DNA of 63,920 bases, counting the filler, from Pelomyxa schiedti (taxonomy: Eukaryota > Protista > Evosea), in NCBI GenBank assembly GCA_020536535.1. It is 7 parts of 7 records of this genome, joined end to end, with 100 filler letters (N's around TTAATTAATTAA, not from the genome) between each part and the next. Parts side by side here need not be neighbours in the genome. Positions count along the whole stretch, not along the records: positions 1 to 20,556 come from JAHLWZ010001087.1; positions 20,657 to 41,127 come from JAHLWZ010000155.1; 5 more parts are not named here. One strand, 5' to 3'. Positions 12,421-25,143 of the stretch are shown in pieces; the stretch's first letter is position 1, and the number at the start of each line of letters is the position of its first letter. The position numbers and the translations under genes are program-made. The notes under the pieces were generated by a model. It was given only the letters and a program-made list of their open reading frames with translations, made no database searches and was not told the DNA's origin.

Positions 12421-14280
12421 TTAAAGTCCACCCTCACAATGTTGTGTTGAGCAAAGTTGTGGTGGGATTTGAACTGGTTGCTGTGAGGAAGATATTATTG
12501 CGGTTTTTCTTGTGTGGGTTGTATTTGTATTCTCCTGGAACCTTGTTGCGCTGCAGCTGATGATGGTTGCTTGTGGGAAGTGGGTGATGATGATGGAGAG
12601 TGGGAGTTGGAATGTGACCTCACACCGGGATGCGGACTTGGTTGTCCTGTGCAGTTTACACAAGGCAACACCATCCAGTGACATCGCCAATGCCGAGAGA
12701 GCCGCCGTCTGCAATTGGAGTAAGTCAGGTTCCCCGGGAAGTATCTTTCTCTTGGGATTTGTATTAGAACTTTCTTCTCTGAGAAGGAGTTGTTGTACTT
12801 ACTCTTTTTTTACAGCGTACGTAAGCACATTCCTCTCCAAAACTGTTCCGATTGCAAGCACTGAAGTGAAAGGTTTTGCCGGCGGTGCAGTTCCGTGAGA
12901 AGCTGCAGCCTTTCAGTGGGTGGTATGGCACTATCTGCACGGACAGAACTGGGAGACTGTACAGGAGATACGCTTGTGCGAGGGATGAATTGGAGTGGTT
13001 TGCTCCAGTAATTGTCTATCTAGCTGCCTTCTCCAGCTCTATTTGATTAAATATCTGTGCAGCTCCCAACAGTGATGGAGACTGGAAGACAACTGGGAAA
13101 TGCAGTTGTAAATGAAGCCTATCATTGGCGAGTTAGCTTAAGCGTTAATTAAACTTGCTCAGTTCCTTCAATCAGGTAGAGACATAAAAAGTAAAAATAG
13201 TACTTGCAGGCAAGAAACAGTAAGATGAGATTATTATTTGGAAGGAATATTCATATGTGATTGGCAAAACTGGTACCATGACCCAGGTAGAACAGATGGT
13301 GCCTCTCACCCTCCAGGGATGATTTGAGGGCCTATTGGTTTGTCTGCATCAGCACCAGTCTCAGTATTGGTATCGGTATCAGTCTCGTTGGCGGTATCAG
13401 TATCAGTCGGCTCCATGATATCCACCTCCTCATATGTGTTGTCTGAATCTGCGGAGATTGTGTGAGAATGGGCTTTAAGCTGGGCACTTGTACATGTAAC
13501 ATTGGCTGAACCTGCTTGAGGGAGGCTTGTTGTCTGTGTGGGGCTGGTGGAATTAAGAGTAGACATTGCCGTGTGCTTGTTTCTTTTCCTGTCCATCTTC
13601 CTCTCACCGCGACTGGGACTCTGCTGCCTTTGTGGTTAGGTTTTGTGCTGTTTTTGTGGCGGGGCCTTTGTTGCGCCTGCCATTGTGGTCGCGCCTATTG
13701 GTCCACTTGTAAGTGGTACTGTTGGTACAGGCTTCCCTCTTTAGCGCTATCTGTGGCTTTGAGTCTAGAACCCACTCCGATTTCAGCAATTTTTGCTTGA
13801 ACTCCTGAGCACTGAGCTGATCAGGGTGGATATCGAAAACCAGTGCTTGCTTGCTTGAGGAAAACTGTTGCAGCTTGTCCTGCACAGCCGTTAAAGGGCA
13901 GGTCCGTGTTATCCAAGAAAAAAGCGATTGGAGCTCCGACTGCGTGTAAGTTTAGAGCTGAAGTATTTTCCAGCTTGACCCAGGTCCACAAGAATTGAAG
14001 CAGACAGCATTCCAAGCGTGAGGTTGCGTTGCATAAATTCAACAATCAACACTTTGAACTGTGGATTTTCATGCAAGTACAACAGTGCAACTGGCCATGC
14101 ATCACGTGTTGCAGAAAGCACCGTCTGCAAATCAGGCACGGTAACCAATGAAGAAAACCAGGAGAGAACTTCGTGGAGGGCAAACACATGCAAAGACAAG
14201 AGCAGAACCCTGCAGTTTTGAGAGGGAGATGGCATCAAATGTGTAGTGCTTCCAGCTGTATTGCTTGGCCAGAAAGACAA
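12421..14280 (-). pseudogene. Fragmented hypothetical gene
   Basis: Chain of short minus-strand ORFs with protein-like composition, interrupted by stops; no family recognised. Confidence 0.3.
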
Positions 14281-14329
14281 CTGAGAGGAACTTTTCCGTA
14301 AGTTAGCTGGTGAATATTTCCAATCAGAG

Positions 14330-14860
14330 TACCATTGTGATTCCAGGTATAGTGGACCGGACGCACTGAACGAGGCTCACAGGTACATATCTCAGACCAA
14401 TATTTCCAGTAAGAATGTTGGAGCAAAATAATACACTCATGAGGAAGATTGCCAAATACTCCCCCTTGGTCTTAAGTGGGCATCACGGCACATGAAAATT
14501 TCTGGAAGCACCAAAAATAATTCACCCAATGTCAATCACATTGATAGGAAAAAATTGTATTATTATGTTATGTGTGGCAAAGGTACCTCGTTCCGCGGCC
14601 CCTCGCCACATTATGTCAAAAAAAAAAAAAAAGAAAGGAATAAAACCTCATGACAATGGAAGAGCCAATAGAGGTGAATAACATGTGAACAAGACTGACC
14701 GAGGTAGGGAAATGGAACCCACTGAGCTGAAACAGTCCCTTGTTGGTGAGAGTGACCGCTACGTTGAGAACAAACCACAACACCAGCCACGTCCCAGCGT
14801 ACTGTCATATCTCCAGGCCAACGAACGTGGACTCAACCATCATTATGGGTCGGCCTCCCG
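14330..14860 (-). pseudogene. Triose-phosphate/nucleotide-sugar transporter (TPT family) 5' fragment
   Basis: Two exons: WLVLWFVLNVAVTLTNKGLF..FHFPTSVSLVHMLF and LFCSNILTGNIGLRYVPVSLVQCVRSTIP. Two in-frame TGA stops; truncated. Confidence 0.75.
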
Positions 14861-14946
14861 CTCCCCCTCCCGTCGTCCCTCCCCCTAAAAATAACATCGT
14901 CGCTGCTCGCCTCCGTGTCTAGTCATGTAACAGGGGTTTGCAAACC

Positions 14947-15812
14947 TGCATAAACTGGCTGTAGAATGCAAAGTAGCCTCCGGGCTTGAGGTGCCTCATC
15001 AGTGCACCGATTCTAGAGCAATTATTACATCGTCACAAATTACAGATGGGGTGATGTAGAACCTCTATTATATCTTCCCCTTTAGCTCCAGCTTTCTTCA
15101 ACTGTGATATGCGCTCAGCTGTCATATGCTGTGACGTGTTATCGTCATTCAGTGATCTATTATCAGCTCCGCCAGAGGCTCCACACGCTCCCTCTCGTGA
15201 CTGGTCGCAGTCCATCCCGGTGTCTATCTTTCTCGGCACGTAAGGCTCCAGAATTGAAGTTGAACCCCCACCACCACCGCAATCATCGGCCTCATTCATC
15301 GCGCTTGCAGCATTAGATTTCCGAGGTGGCTCCCGAGCAATCGCGCTGCCAGTGGCAACATTGCCTCTCGATCCTGGACTTTCTGACACTAATTGTGCTG
15401 CTGCTGCTGTTGTTGTTGTTGTTTTTGGTCCTGCTGTTGCTGGCGTTGTTGCTTGTTGTGTTGCTATTTTTGAATCCGCCGTTTCGGTTCCGTGGCTTTG
15501 GGGGCAACTCCTCGCTCTTTTTCCCAAGGCGCGCCTGGCCACGAGTTTGGTGCCAACCGGGCATCCCTCAATTGCGGCCAGCCTCACGCGCTCCTTCCTC
15601 ACCTTCACCACCACGTCGGGCACCAACTTTGGCACGATCGAGAAGCACCTCTTGTGGTCGTCCTCGGAGCCCACGTGCAAAACGACGGCCTCGCCGACCC
15701 TGAAAACACCGTCGCCGCTCGGCACCGAAACCACGGCTACAGAATCGTCGTCACCCGTCGCCGCGCTGCTTGTGCTCGTGCTAGTCGTCGTGCTCGCCAC
15801 TGCCGATGACAT
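14947..15812 (-). pseudogene. TRM6: tRNA m1A58 methyltransferase non-catalytic subunit (TRM6/GCD10), internally deleted
   Basis: ADNRSLNDDNTSQHMTAERISQLKKAGAKGEDIIE matches Gcd10. It is followed directly by a C-terminal-type exon (LMRHLKPGGYFAFYSQFMQ), and the central core is missing. Confidence 0.7.
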
Positions 15813-15928
15813 GCTGAGGTTAACCGAAAGCCGGAACCGCTGAAAAGAGTTTTGGGTGATGGATCCCAGTTTGTTGTAGTCATAACTATACATGTAGGAA
15901 CAGGAGGGAAGAAGGCGCATTTGTTGTT

Positions 15929-18315
15929 CTAATACAATTGTCCAACCAGGTCGGGATGATTGTCCAGCACCCAACGGAGGAACGAGTAAACTCTCGTCGA
16001 GGTTCCACGGCTGAACTCAATGATTTCGTCCTCAGTTACATCAGGGAACTTCCGCATCGTGTGCTGTGCAATGATAGGAGAACTTACGACAAATGGAAGA
16101 AGCTTCTCCTTGATGATCGAGGCTGTGATCCCTGGAAACACTTGAAGAAGCATCTTCCACGTGAAGAAGTCATCATAACCAACTGGGTCACTGCTCAGTA
16201 CCTTTGTAATTAAATGAGTAAAAATAAAGAGAAATAATTAGTTACCTCATCCAACGTTACGTGAAATTTGTTTATGAGCCACTCAGCACAACTCTCTTGT
16301 CCCCTGTGGATAAGTTTGGACAAAACGCTCTTGATTTGCTCACGATCAAATTGTAAGTGTGATGTCATCCATTTGAGCACCTTGGGGGGATAGAATGAAT
16401 TTTCAAGAAGGCACTTGCCAATAGAGTCATTTGTGAGCTCTCCACACAGGGAAATAATACGATTGAGCTGTGAAATGGTGGATAGAGGAATGACCCTCAG
16501 AATTTTGATGAGAAGTTTGGATTTCTTCGGCTCAGAGATGCGGAACTTCTCAACAATAAGGAGCGCGAGCTTTGGCTTGGCAGATTTGATAAGGTTCTTC
16601 GCAGCTTCCACAAGGAAAATCTCCCCCACCTGAATTGATGGACGACTCAGAAGCCACACAACACCTTCTTCCCCTTTCGTAGAGAAACGGCTCATTCCTT
16701 TGCAAATGGCCACAAGAATCCACCCAATATCCTCAGGGGTTGCTGGTCCCAAGATGTTGAATGTCGAGTCCAACCATGACGCAGTGAAGGTGTTGCTGTG
16801 GGTCAGTGAAGTCATGAAGTATTCCAATATGTCTTTCGTTGAAAGCTCCATTGTTGATAACAGCGACTTCGCCAGCAAGCTGTCTCCTTTCCTGCATGCA
16901 GAAAGAAACGTGACTGGTTCTGGTGTGGAAACAGAGAGCTGTTCGAGTATTGCTCCAAAATCACTCAAATTGTGCTCGGGGAGTAAGGAGATTACCCACA
17001 TCCGAACATCCTCCCTCGGGATTCCAGGAACTACTGAACCTGGAGAAGGCCAGGCAAAGGAGAGGCGCTCCTTGATGTATTTACACAGCTCAAGGGAGTT
17101 TGCAGACCTCCCCTGAAGGCAACTCGCGAACAATTCCCATACAGGGTCATCGATATCGGTGTTGTTCTCCAGAGGGAATAAATCCAAGCACCATCTAATA
17201 ACCTCCAAGTTATCACTCCGGCGTGCATTTCTGAGGATTACAGATAAAGGAAGCCAGTGGTCAGAATACCTTTTGAACCTTGTTGCCAAATCAAATTTGT
17301 TGACCAGCCACTTGGCCAAATCCAGGTGCCCCATTCCAATAGCATCGAGAAATGGACTTACAATCTCCCAAGGATCCCTGATTTTGAACCTGTGAATTAT
17401 CCACCTTGCCACATCCCCATACCCCCTTTCACACACAGTCCTCAGTACGCAAGTATCCCTCACGTGCTCAGATAGCTCCACATCACCCGATTTCCAACCA
17501 ACGAGCCCTAGCCCTCGGCCGAATCCTGTGAATTTGGTCCGAACCACTTCCCCCTCATCACATCCACATTCACATTTGCAATCACGATCGTGACCTTCAT
17601 CACCATCACCATCATCATCAACAAAAAGACTCCTCACCAAGGCCAAATGACCCCCACTGCACAATCCCACAATCACATGCACAAAATCCTTCTCCTCTCT
17701 CCTCCTCATCCTCCTAGCCCTCAGCCCAACAACCCACTCCGCGTCGCCTTTATCGTTGACGTCATCGTCCTCCTCGTCATCTTCATCGTCGTCAATCTCA
17801 TACTCGTCGTATTCTACGCCGGCGGTGGAGGAGGAGACAATTTCGCCGAAGTCGTCATCGTCGTCCGTTGTTGTTGGCGGCGGCGGCGGCAGCTTCCCGT
17901 CAGCGCATCGGTGGTGGTGGTGGTGGCGGCGGATGAGCCAGCGCAGGCACGAGGTGGCGCCGGCCTCGGCGGCGGCGCGGACGGCGTGGTAGTGCAGCCG
18001 CAGGGGCGTCAGCACCAGGGAGCACACGCGCGGGACGAGGGGGAACACGCCCTCGCCGACGGCGCACAGCGTCAGGGCTTCACGGCGGTTGAAGGCGGCG
18101 AGGTGCGGGGGGAGGTGCCCCCGGGGCCGGCGCGGAAGGAGGAGCCAGGGAAGGACCCAGTCCCACACAACCTGTGACATCTCGAGGACCCGCGAGTACT
18201 TGCTCGCAATGCCAGGCAGCGGTTTCGCCCTAGGTGCAGCGTAGGTCTTGGTTACTGCGGAGTCATCGGGGTTTGTTGGACAACAGCCAAGCGGATCGGC
18301 ACAGCCAAACGACAT
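15929..18315 (-). CDS. Lineage-expanded ankyrin-like helical-repeat protein
   Basis: 709-aa ORF with SQVVWDWV..FPLV, GLCSGGHL and AIGMGHLDLAKWLV. A short intron near 16203-16247 leads to the TWKMLLQVFPG exon. Paralogous to genes at 22513 and 34046. Confidence 0.75.
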
Positions 18316-18369
18316 CAAAAAACTTGAGGGAGCTCCCAATTAATTGCTGGTTTTTTTCTTTAGGGGAAG

Positions 18370-19365
18370 GTGGTACAACGGCCACTCGCATTCGTTTTCA
18401 AGTGGGGTTCAAGGCCACGGCGCACCCATCACCCCAAAACACAAGCACTACCAGCGGATGGGAGTGGCGACATCAACAGTGCCAACGGCGAAGGCGAAGG
18501 CGCCGTTGCGAAATTTCAGAGGCTGCAGACGGAAGCGGCATCGAGGGTGGCTGGTCTAGTTCAATCAATTTCGAGTGAAGTGCGTTAATTGCATTTACTG
18601 CTCGTTAGTTTGGTTTTGGCTTTGGTTTGATTACATTAGATAAATGCCCCAATTCTGGAAAATGTGGAAATAACTGAAAGGCAGCTTGGCCATGGTGGGT
18701 TTGCAGGGGTATGTGGAAAATTGCCCTGTTTGAAAAGCAATGGCCTTAGACATGCCTCAGGTTTTTCTGGGTCACTGGATCCCATTTCGAAATGTTATAC
18801 TGATTCCTTGCAAATTCTTTTCTGAAGCGAACGCAGAAGACTTCAAGAATGAAGTTAAAGTTATTTCTACTTTGAAGGAGGAATTGCATAAAAGTAAGGG
18901 ACTGAAGGACTCACTACTTGACAATATTACCCAATTTTTTGGTATGACTGAACACTAAACGTGTTAAATTCAAATTCTTAAAATAGGCATTTGCGCAAGA
19001 GACAGCAGTTTGGTTCTGGTAATGGAGAACATACAAACAACCCTTCCTTCATGTATTGCCTCTCCAGATGCAAAATTGGATTACATTGACATCTTAACTG
19101 TGTGAGAACACGCCACGATAATTTTTACACAAAATAGCAAATTGCTGCGGGGATGGATTACATCTGTTCAAAGCACGTTATACACAGGTTTTTCACTCAT
19201 TCATTTTGATCACAAGGCAACCACAAAGATAGAGATTTGTGCAGTAAAAATATACTTGTTCACTACGGTCCCGATTGTAAAAAAACATACAAGGTGGGTT
19301 CCAGTGTCCCCTATTACCATGGCATAACCTGCAACAGATAAGTGATATCAGAATATCCTTCTCAT
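18370..19365 (+). pseudogene. TKL/tyrosine-kinase-like protein kinase, truncated
   Basis: Exons read QLGHGGFAGV, FKNEVKVI, LVLVME, QIAAGMDYI..VIHRDLCSKNILV, then ISDIRIS in place of DFG. No later subdomains seen. Confidence 0.7.
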
Positions 19366-20099
19366 ATTTTTCCTTCCGTTGTGGTCCTTAACCCTCCTAA
19401 CACTTCGGACTCTCAATTCTTTATGATGAATACTTTCCACCTTGGGGAACTGGAGAGGAGGGGAGAGCGGATGTATCCCAACCCGTAAGACCACTTCCGT
19501 ACCAAAACAAAGTCAATCCATCCTATACACCATTTGAATGCTTACAAAATATCAATGCCATAACGCTCAGCTATGATGTTTGGAGGTATGCTCCCTTTCT
19601 CATTATGGAAGTCCACAACCACTGACACACTCAGCACAGATTGAATCTGATTATTCCATCATATTGCCAACAAACAGAACGCATGTCCTGTTACACGCTG
19701 CTCGAACCTATCCCAGCAAACTAACTAAACTAAATTCGAATGCAATTGTTGCCTGGCTACTAGTAGTACCAAGTAGATGGGGCACCAAAAGAATCTTTGT
19801 ACTTGCGTAGATCTGCTGCGGAGATTGGGTCGCCGTTCCATGTCACCGACCAACTGTTTCGTGTCGAAACGAAATTACACGAAGGAGAATGAAAACAGTC
19901 GTATGAACACTTGAGCGAGGAAGGACGCGAAAAAAAAATGAGAAGTCAACCAAAACCAAAAAAAAAAGCCAGGAACACTGACCTTGAGCTGTGCCTCCCT
20001 ACGGTTAGAGCCCGACCCAGATCTTTCGTTTGACGTACGTTGAGCGTTGTTGTTGTTGGTTGGGCCGTTGCACCAAGCAAACAAGAAAGCAAATACAAC

Positions 20100-20395
20100 A
20101 TGGGATTCCAAGAGAAGGTGGCCAGTGCCATCGCGATTGTGGTCATTCCATTCGCGTTCTATTATGCCCTCCAGGCGCGCGACTTCATCGCCGCCCACCG
20201 CACGGTTATGGGAAAGCCAGAGGAGGTTCAGTCCGCCTTCGCGTTCTTGTTGGACTTTGCCCCCGCCGTTGGCTTCGCGGTCTTCATCGTCGCCGTGCGC
20301 GTCATCGTCGGCAAGTTGATGCTGCGCAGACTCGCTGAAAAATTAGTCGTGAAACAGCCTGACTGGGATGAATCCCAATTGTCTCAACGCAGGGT
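20100..20395 (+). CDS. Probable LAG1/TLC ceramide synthase, first exon (contig end)
   Basis: Two hydrophobic segments with DF..A..FA.F....R, followed by L..K...W...RR. This resembles the Lag1 N-terminus; the diagnostic motif is off-contig. Confidence 0.4.
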
Positions 20396-20405
20396 TTGTA
20401 CAGTT

Positions 20406-20478
<73 letters not shown>
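20406..20478. repeat. Poly-T tract (intronic)
   Basis: About 70 T residues following a GT donor. Confidence 0.9.
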
Positions 20479-20480
<2 letters not shown>

Positions 20481-20556
20481 GTTTTTTAACAAGTGGAGGA
20501 TTGGGGTTAATGCCAAATTCTTCTCTCTTTTTTTTTTTTTTTTTTAATGATTCGTT

Positions 20557-20656
20557 NNNNNNNNNNNNNNNNNNNNNNNNNNNNNNNNNNNNNNNNNNNN
20601 TTAATTAATTAANNNNNNNNNNNNNNNNNNNNNNNNNNNNNNNNNNNNNNNNNNNN
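20557..20656. other. Artificial contig linker (N-TTAATTAATTAA-N)
   Basis: The same 100-bp linker recurs at 41128-41227, 45442-45541, 52972-53071, 58280-58379 and 61609-61708. Confidence 0.97.
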
Positions 20657-21085
20657 ACTGCACTGACTGTGTTGGGATTTGTGGGGAGGTTGCTGTGACA
20701 GCGGCGAAGTGTAAGTTCACTGCTGGTGCCTGGACCTACACACCAACATGCAGGCTTTAAAAAAAAGTGAGTGTTAATGTGGTGAACTCACTCATAGTTT
20801 ATTTAAATACTGGCTGAATAAGCTCAGCCTCGTTGCTGAACTTCAACCTCCAGCTAAACTAACCTGTCGAGCTGGTATTGTGATCTTCTTGTTGCCAAAC
20901 TGCTCTTGACAACCTCACATCCGTCATCCCATAACGGAGACTCATCCGTGTTTGTTGCCATCCCGCCCGGCAACAGTGCCTAAGTCCCCACGTGACTCCG
21001 CATTCGAGTCTGCGTTGCCCCCCTGTCCTGTGGCGCATCGTCGTCATCCGGTTAGGCTACAGCGAACTGAACGCGTTTGCGGTGA

Positions 21086-21516
21086 ATGATGGGTGATGGT
21101 GGTTGCGTCCCACCAGTTGCAACTGTGACTGGCTCGTCGTCGTGTTGTTGCCAACCACAACACGTGTCGATCGTGGCCGGCTTCGTGTGGGACTGCGTGG
21201 TGGCGCCGGGGTGGCCCGACGCCGCGTGCCCGCCGACGAATGCAGCGCGGAGACCGTCGCGTACCACCACGCAAAAAAGGCGCCAGCAATTGTTATGGGA
21301 TTGATGCATCATCGGGGGTGGAGGAGGGTGATGGTGAAGGAAGCCATGTGGACTGTGCAGGGGCTGTGTAGCAGTGGCCACGTTGATCTACTCAGGAGGA
21401 TTCCAGCATTGTGGGATGGGGGACGTGTTCTGGAGTGGGATGAGTCTTGTGTGGTGGAGATGGTGCCAATATTTCATGGGGATGAACACCACCCATGGAG
21501 CCTGATTTCAAAATAG
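21086..21516 (+). pseudogene. Truncated copy of the ankyrin-like family gene
   Basis: FVWDCVVAPGW and RRVMVKEAMWTVQGLCSSGHV..PALWDG match 22513-23220 but lie in two frames. Confidence 0.7.
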
Positions 21517-22512
21517 GTGGGTGTGAATACATTCTCTGACCTCTTCCAGTATCTTGACTACAACAGTCCCGCCAATACTTCTGTAAAGTGCAAGGCCTGC
21601 AATAACCACCAAAATGCTGAACATGGGCAAGAGGGGTGGAGCAGTGGGGTTGATAAACTCCATTGACATAACACTTCCAGAGGTAAGAGTTTTTCTCCAA
21701 ATGCAGTCCTTTTGGTTGGTGATTATGTACCATTCTGGGCCACACTCATCACCAGGAAAGGGTTAGAATTTGGTTGGGTTGAAAATGATTGGTTCATCTG
21801 AACTATTTCCAACCCATTTTTTTTGTCCCATTTTTGGTAAAAATCTGGTAAAAAAAGGTAACCACCCAAAAGTGTGTGACCAAAGGGAGCCACTTTTGGG
21901 TGGAGGGTCTGCAATGTGTCACAAGGTGGGAAAGATACTATACACTTCATTCCTGCAATGCTGTGAGCTGTAATCCTCACACAGAGACGCACAGAACTGT
22001 ATGCACAGTTTTGTTCAAGGCCCACATTTTACTGGCAAACTCAGACAATTTGGGTGCTTTCACCCTCAGGAAGCGCTTTCTGTTACAAGCATTTGACAAG
22101 TTAGGGCACCCCAATTCGATGCCACTGCGAGGGCCACGGTCCAAAACCCACTTCCGAGCTCGGCATTGGTTGTGATGAAGTGGCACTTGGGGAGAATGGT
22201 GCAAATTTCCTTTTTTGTTTCCTTTCCTTGATTATAACTCCTGGAGAGTGCCGATGTCTGCCCCGAAATGCTGTGAGCTGTAATCCTCACACAGAGACGC
22301 ACAGTGCACTGGGGTTCATTTACTTTGGGTTTGTTGTTTGTTTGTTTGAGTTTATGTGTTTTTCAATGTTATTCTGAGCTTAGAGCGTCAAGTGCAAAAG
22401 CAAAAGTGGTTTGCATCAAAGACTTTGGCTGTGGATTCACTGAATCGCACATCGCACTATGTAATTGGCAGCCTCAACACCCACCAACTTTTGTGTTTTT
22501 TCATGTAAAATA

Positions 22513-25015
22513 ATGTTGGACAACAACAGTGATGGTGGGAGAACCACCACACCAATGGGTGAATTGCAGCCTTTGCCACTGTCGTCTCGTTGCCAACACA
22601 CCTTGACTGTGTCTCGCGTGGTATGGGACAGTGTAGTTGCCCCAGGGTGGCTCGACACTCCCACCACACCAACCACCAAAGCCCGGGGCGGCCTCCGCAG
22701 GGTCCCAGAGGCCGCAGGGGGCCCCGCCCTCGCCCTCGCGACCCTGCGCGTCGGGGAGGCCCTGTTCCCCCTCGTGGGGCTGTGCTGCCGCCGCGACGCC
22801 GCCGCCGCGTCGCGCCGCGTGGGCCTGGGGCTGCCCCACCACGCCCTCGTGGCCAGGGCCGCCCTCGCCCCGGCCCCGGCGTGCCTCGCGTGGATTGTGG
22901 GGCACTACTGCGGGGCAGAGGTGGATGGGATGAGAGCCGATAAGAATGGGAGGGGCTGGGGCAGGAGGAGGAGGGTGATGGTGAAGGAGGTGGCGTGGAC
23001 TGTGTGGGGCCTGTGTTGCAGTGGCCGCGTTGGTTTGCTCAGGGAGATGTTTGGTGGTGGTGAACGTGGTGAATGTGATAATGATGGGTCTGATGGCAAA
23101 AGCAAGAATGCCGGAGCTGCGGCAACTGGTGGTGCGTTTCCGGCATTGTGGGATGGCAGACACATTCCAGAGTGGGACGAGATTTGCGCTGGTGACAGGT
23201 GCTTTTTAATGCTAAAGTAAGTACAAATACAATTGTACAATGAGAGAATGCGAGGTTTCTCTTGGTATGATTTAGAAAAACTAAAATAACCTTGGAATTA
23301 TTTATATATAAATAAGGTTTCTCTTGCTATTTATAGTTACAATATAAAAGTGTACATGAATTAATTCATGCTCTGTGTAGGCCTGTATGTAAGATACTGG
23401 AGGAGGTGAGAGAGTACATTCACACCCACGAATCTCTCATCAAACAAGCTTGTATGACTGGCAACCTTGATGCTGTGAAGTGGCTGCTGGCGGATTCTGT
23501 TTTTGCTGTGCCACAGGAAGAGGCTCCGTGGGTGGTGTTCATCCCAATGAGGATGGCGGCACTGGAGGGCCACATGGAAGTTGTCAAGTGGCTCTTTGAT
23601 CATTTTGAGTTGGCAACAAGGGTTCCACCAATACTTCTGTCAAACGCAGCACAATACTACTGTGCTGGCGGTGCAGACCCAGGGGGCATCAAATGGTGGA
23701 TTGAGAGGTCCTTTGTTCTGCCTCACTGTGACCTGCTTTCCATTGTGTTGAAGAACAACCACGCCTCAGTGAAGATGTGCCAATGGCTCAAGGAACAATG
23801 GGAAGGCACCACAGAGGTGCATGCTTTCACTTTGCAGATGATCAAGAAGCCTGAAGTCCTCAAGTGGGCACTCACCACGTTGGCTGTTTCACCTGACAGT
23901 GATTCTTTGAGTGAGATGTGCTCAAGTCATGGTGTCGACTTTGCAGAGTGGCTAACATCAGAAAGGCATTTCACTCCAACCACTTCCACATTCATTTTAG
24001 CATGTTGCACTGCCAGGAAAGATGTGTCCACCACTCAACTTTTGCGATGGCTTTCAGTGAGGGTTACCCTGACACCACAAGATACCATTCGTTCATTGAT
24101 ATATGCACTTCGGCGCAGCAACATCACAATTGCAGATTGGTTGGAGAGCACTTTCCACGTCATGGAGTCTCTCAACTCAAAAGCAGGCACATACTTGGTG
24201 AAAATATGCAACAGGAAATTCAACTACAATAGCCAATCTGATGGGCTGAAGTGGTTTGTTTCTCACCTGTCCAACCCTGAGAAGGTGAGTGCTTCTGCAG
24301 TCAGAACTGCCATTTCGAAAACGGGCATGCAATACCGTGTTGAAGAGGTGGAGTGCCTCCTGAGCTCATTCCCACATTGCATACCAAACAACCGGGCTCC
24401 CAACTTGAACTATCTTTTGGAGGGATTATTGGTTGTGTTCATGAATGCAACACTTTCCAAGTTGCAGTGGTTTGTCTCCTTCCTTGAACCCTCACTGTTG
24501 ACAACAGAGTTGGCAGCAAGAAGCCTTGCACACCGAAAATTCCATCCACACTCCACCAAAGTTGTCAAGTGGGTGGCAAATAAGTTCCACCTCAGGCCTG
24601 AACACATCAAGGCCAACAATAACCACCTCCTTTTCAAAATGCTGGACCTGACAAAAAGCAGTGGAGCTGAGTGGCTGATCAGCTCCTTTGACATAACTTT
24701 GCCAGAGGTAAGACGCATTTTCAGATGGACCACTTATGTTCCTTACAGGTCGTGGCGATGTTTGATTATTGGTGGCGGTCTGAAGCCACCTTCTTTGATA
24801 CCAGTTTGGCAACGTGGAGGATGCTGCTGAACAAGTTCCCAGGCATTGATTCCAGTGTGATTCGCCAACACATGATGCCCATAGTTTCTAACTCACCATT
24901 CACGGGCACATTCACGATCAACGCATTTGGCATCACCATTGATGAAGTGAGGCAGTATCGTTCTGGGCAACACTCACCAAATGAAGGAGTATTAATTTGG
25001 TTGGGATTGTCTTGA
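22513..25015 (+). CDS. Ankyrin-like helical-repeat protein (module copy 1); apparent frameshift or unrecognised intron near 24740
   Basis: SRVVWDSVV..ALFPLV, ACMTGNLDAVKWL, ALEGHMEVVKWL and the TWRMLLNKFPG tail. Confidence 0.7.
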
Positions 25016-25143
25016 CAATCAGGACTAACATGGCCCCTGCATAGTGTCACCAACTGTTTATGTTGAATAAGGAGAGTTTTTTTCACCCAAGCTCTTGTTC
25101 AGCCATCAACACCAGTTCAAGGAAAGTGTGATCACAACTATCC

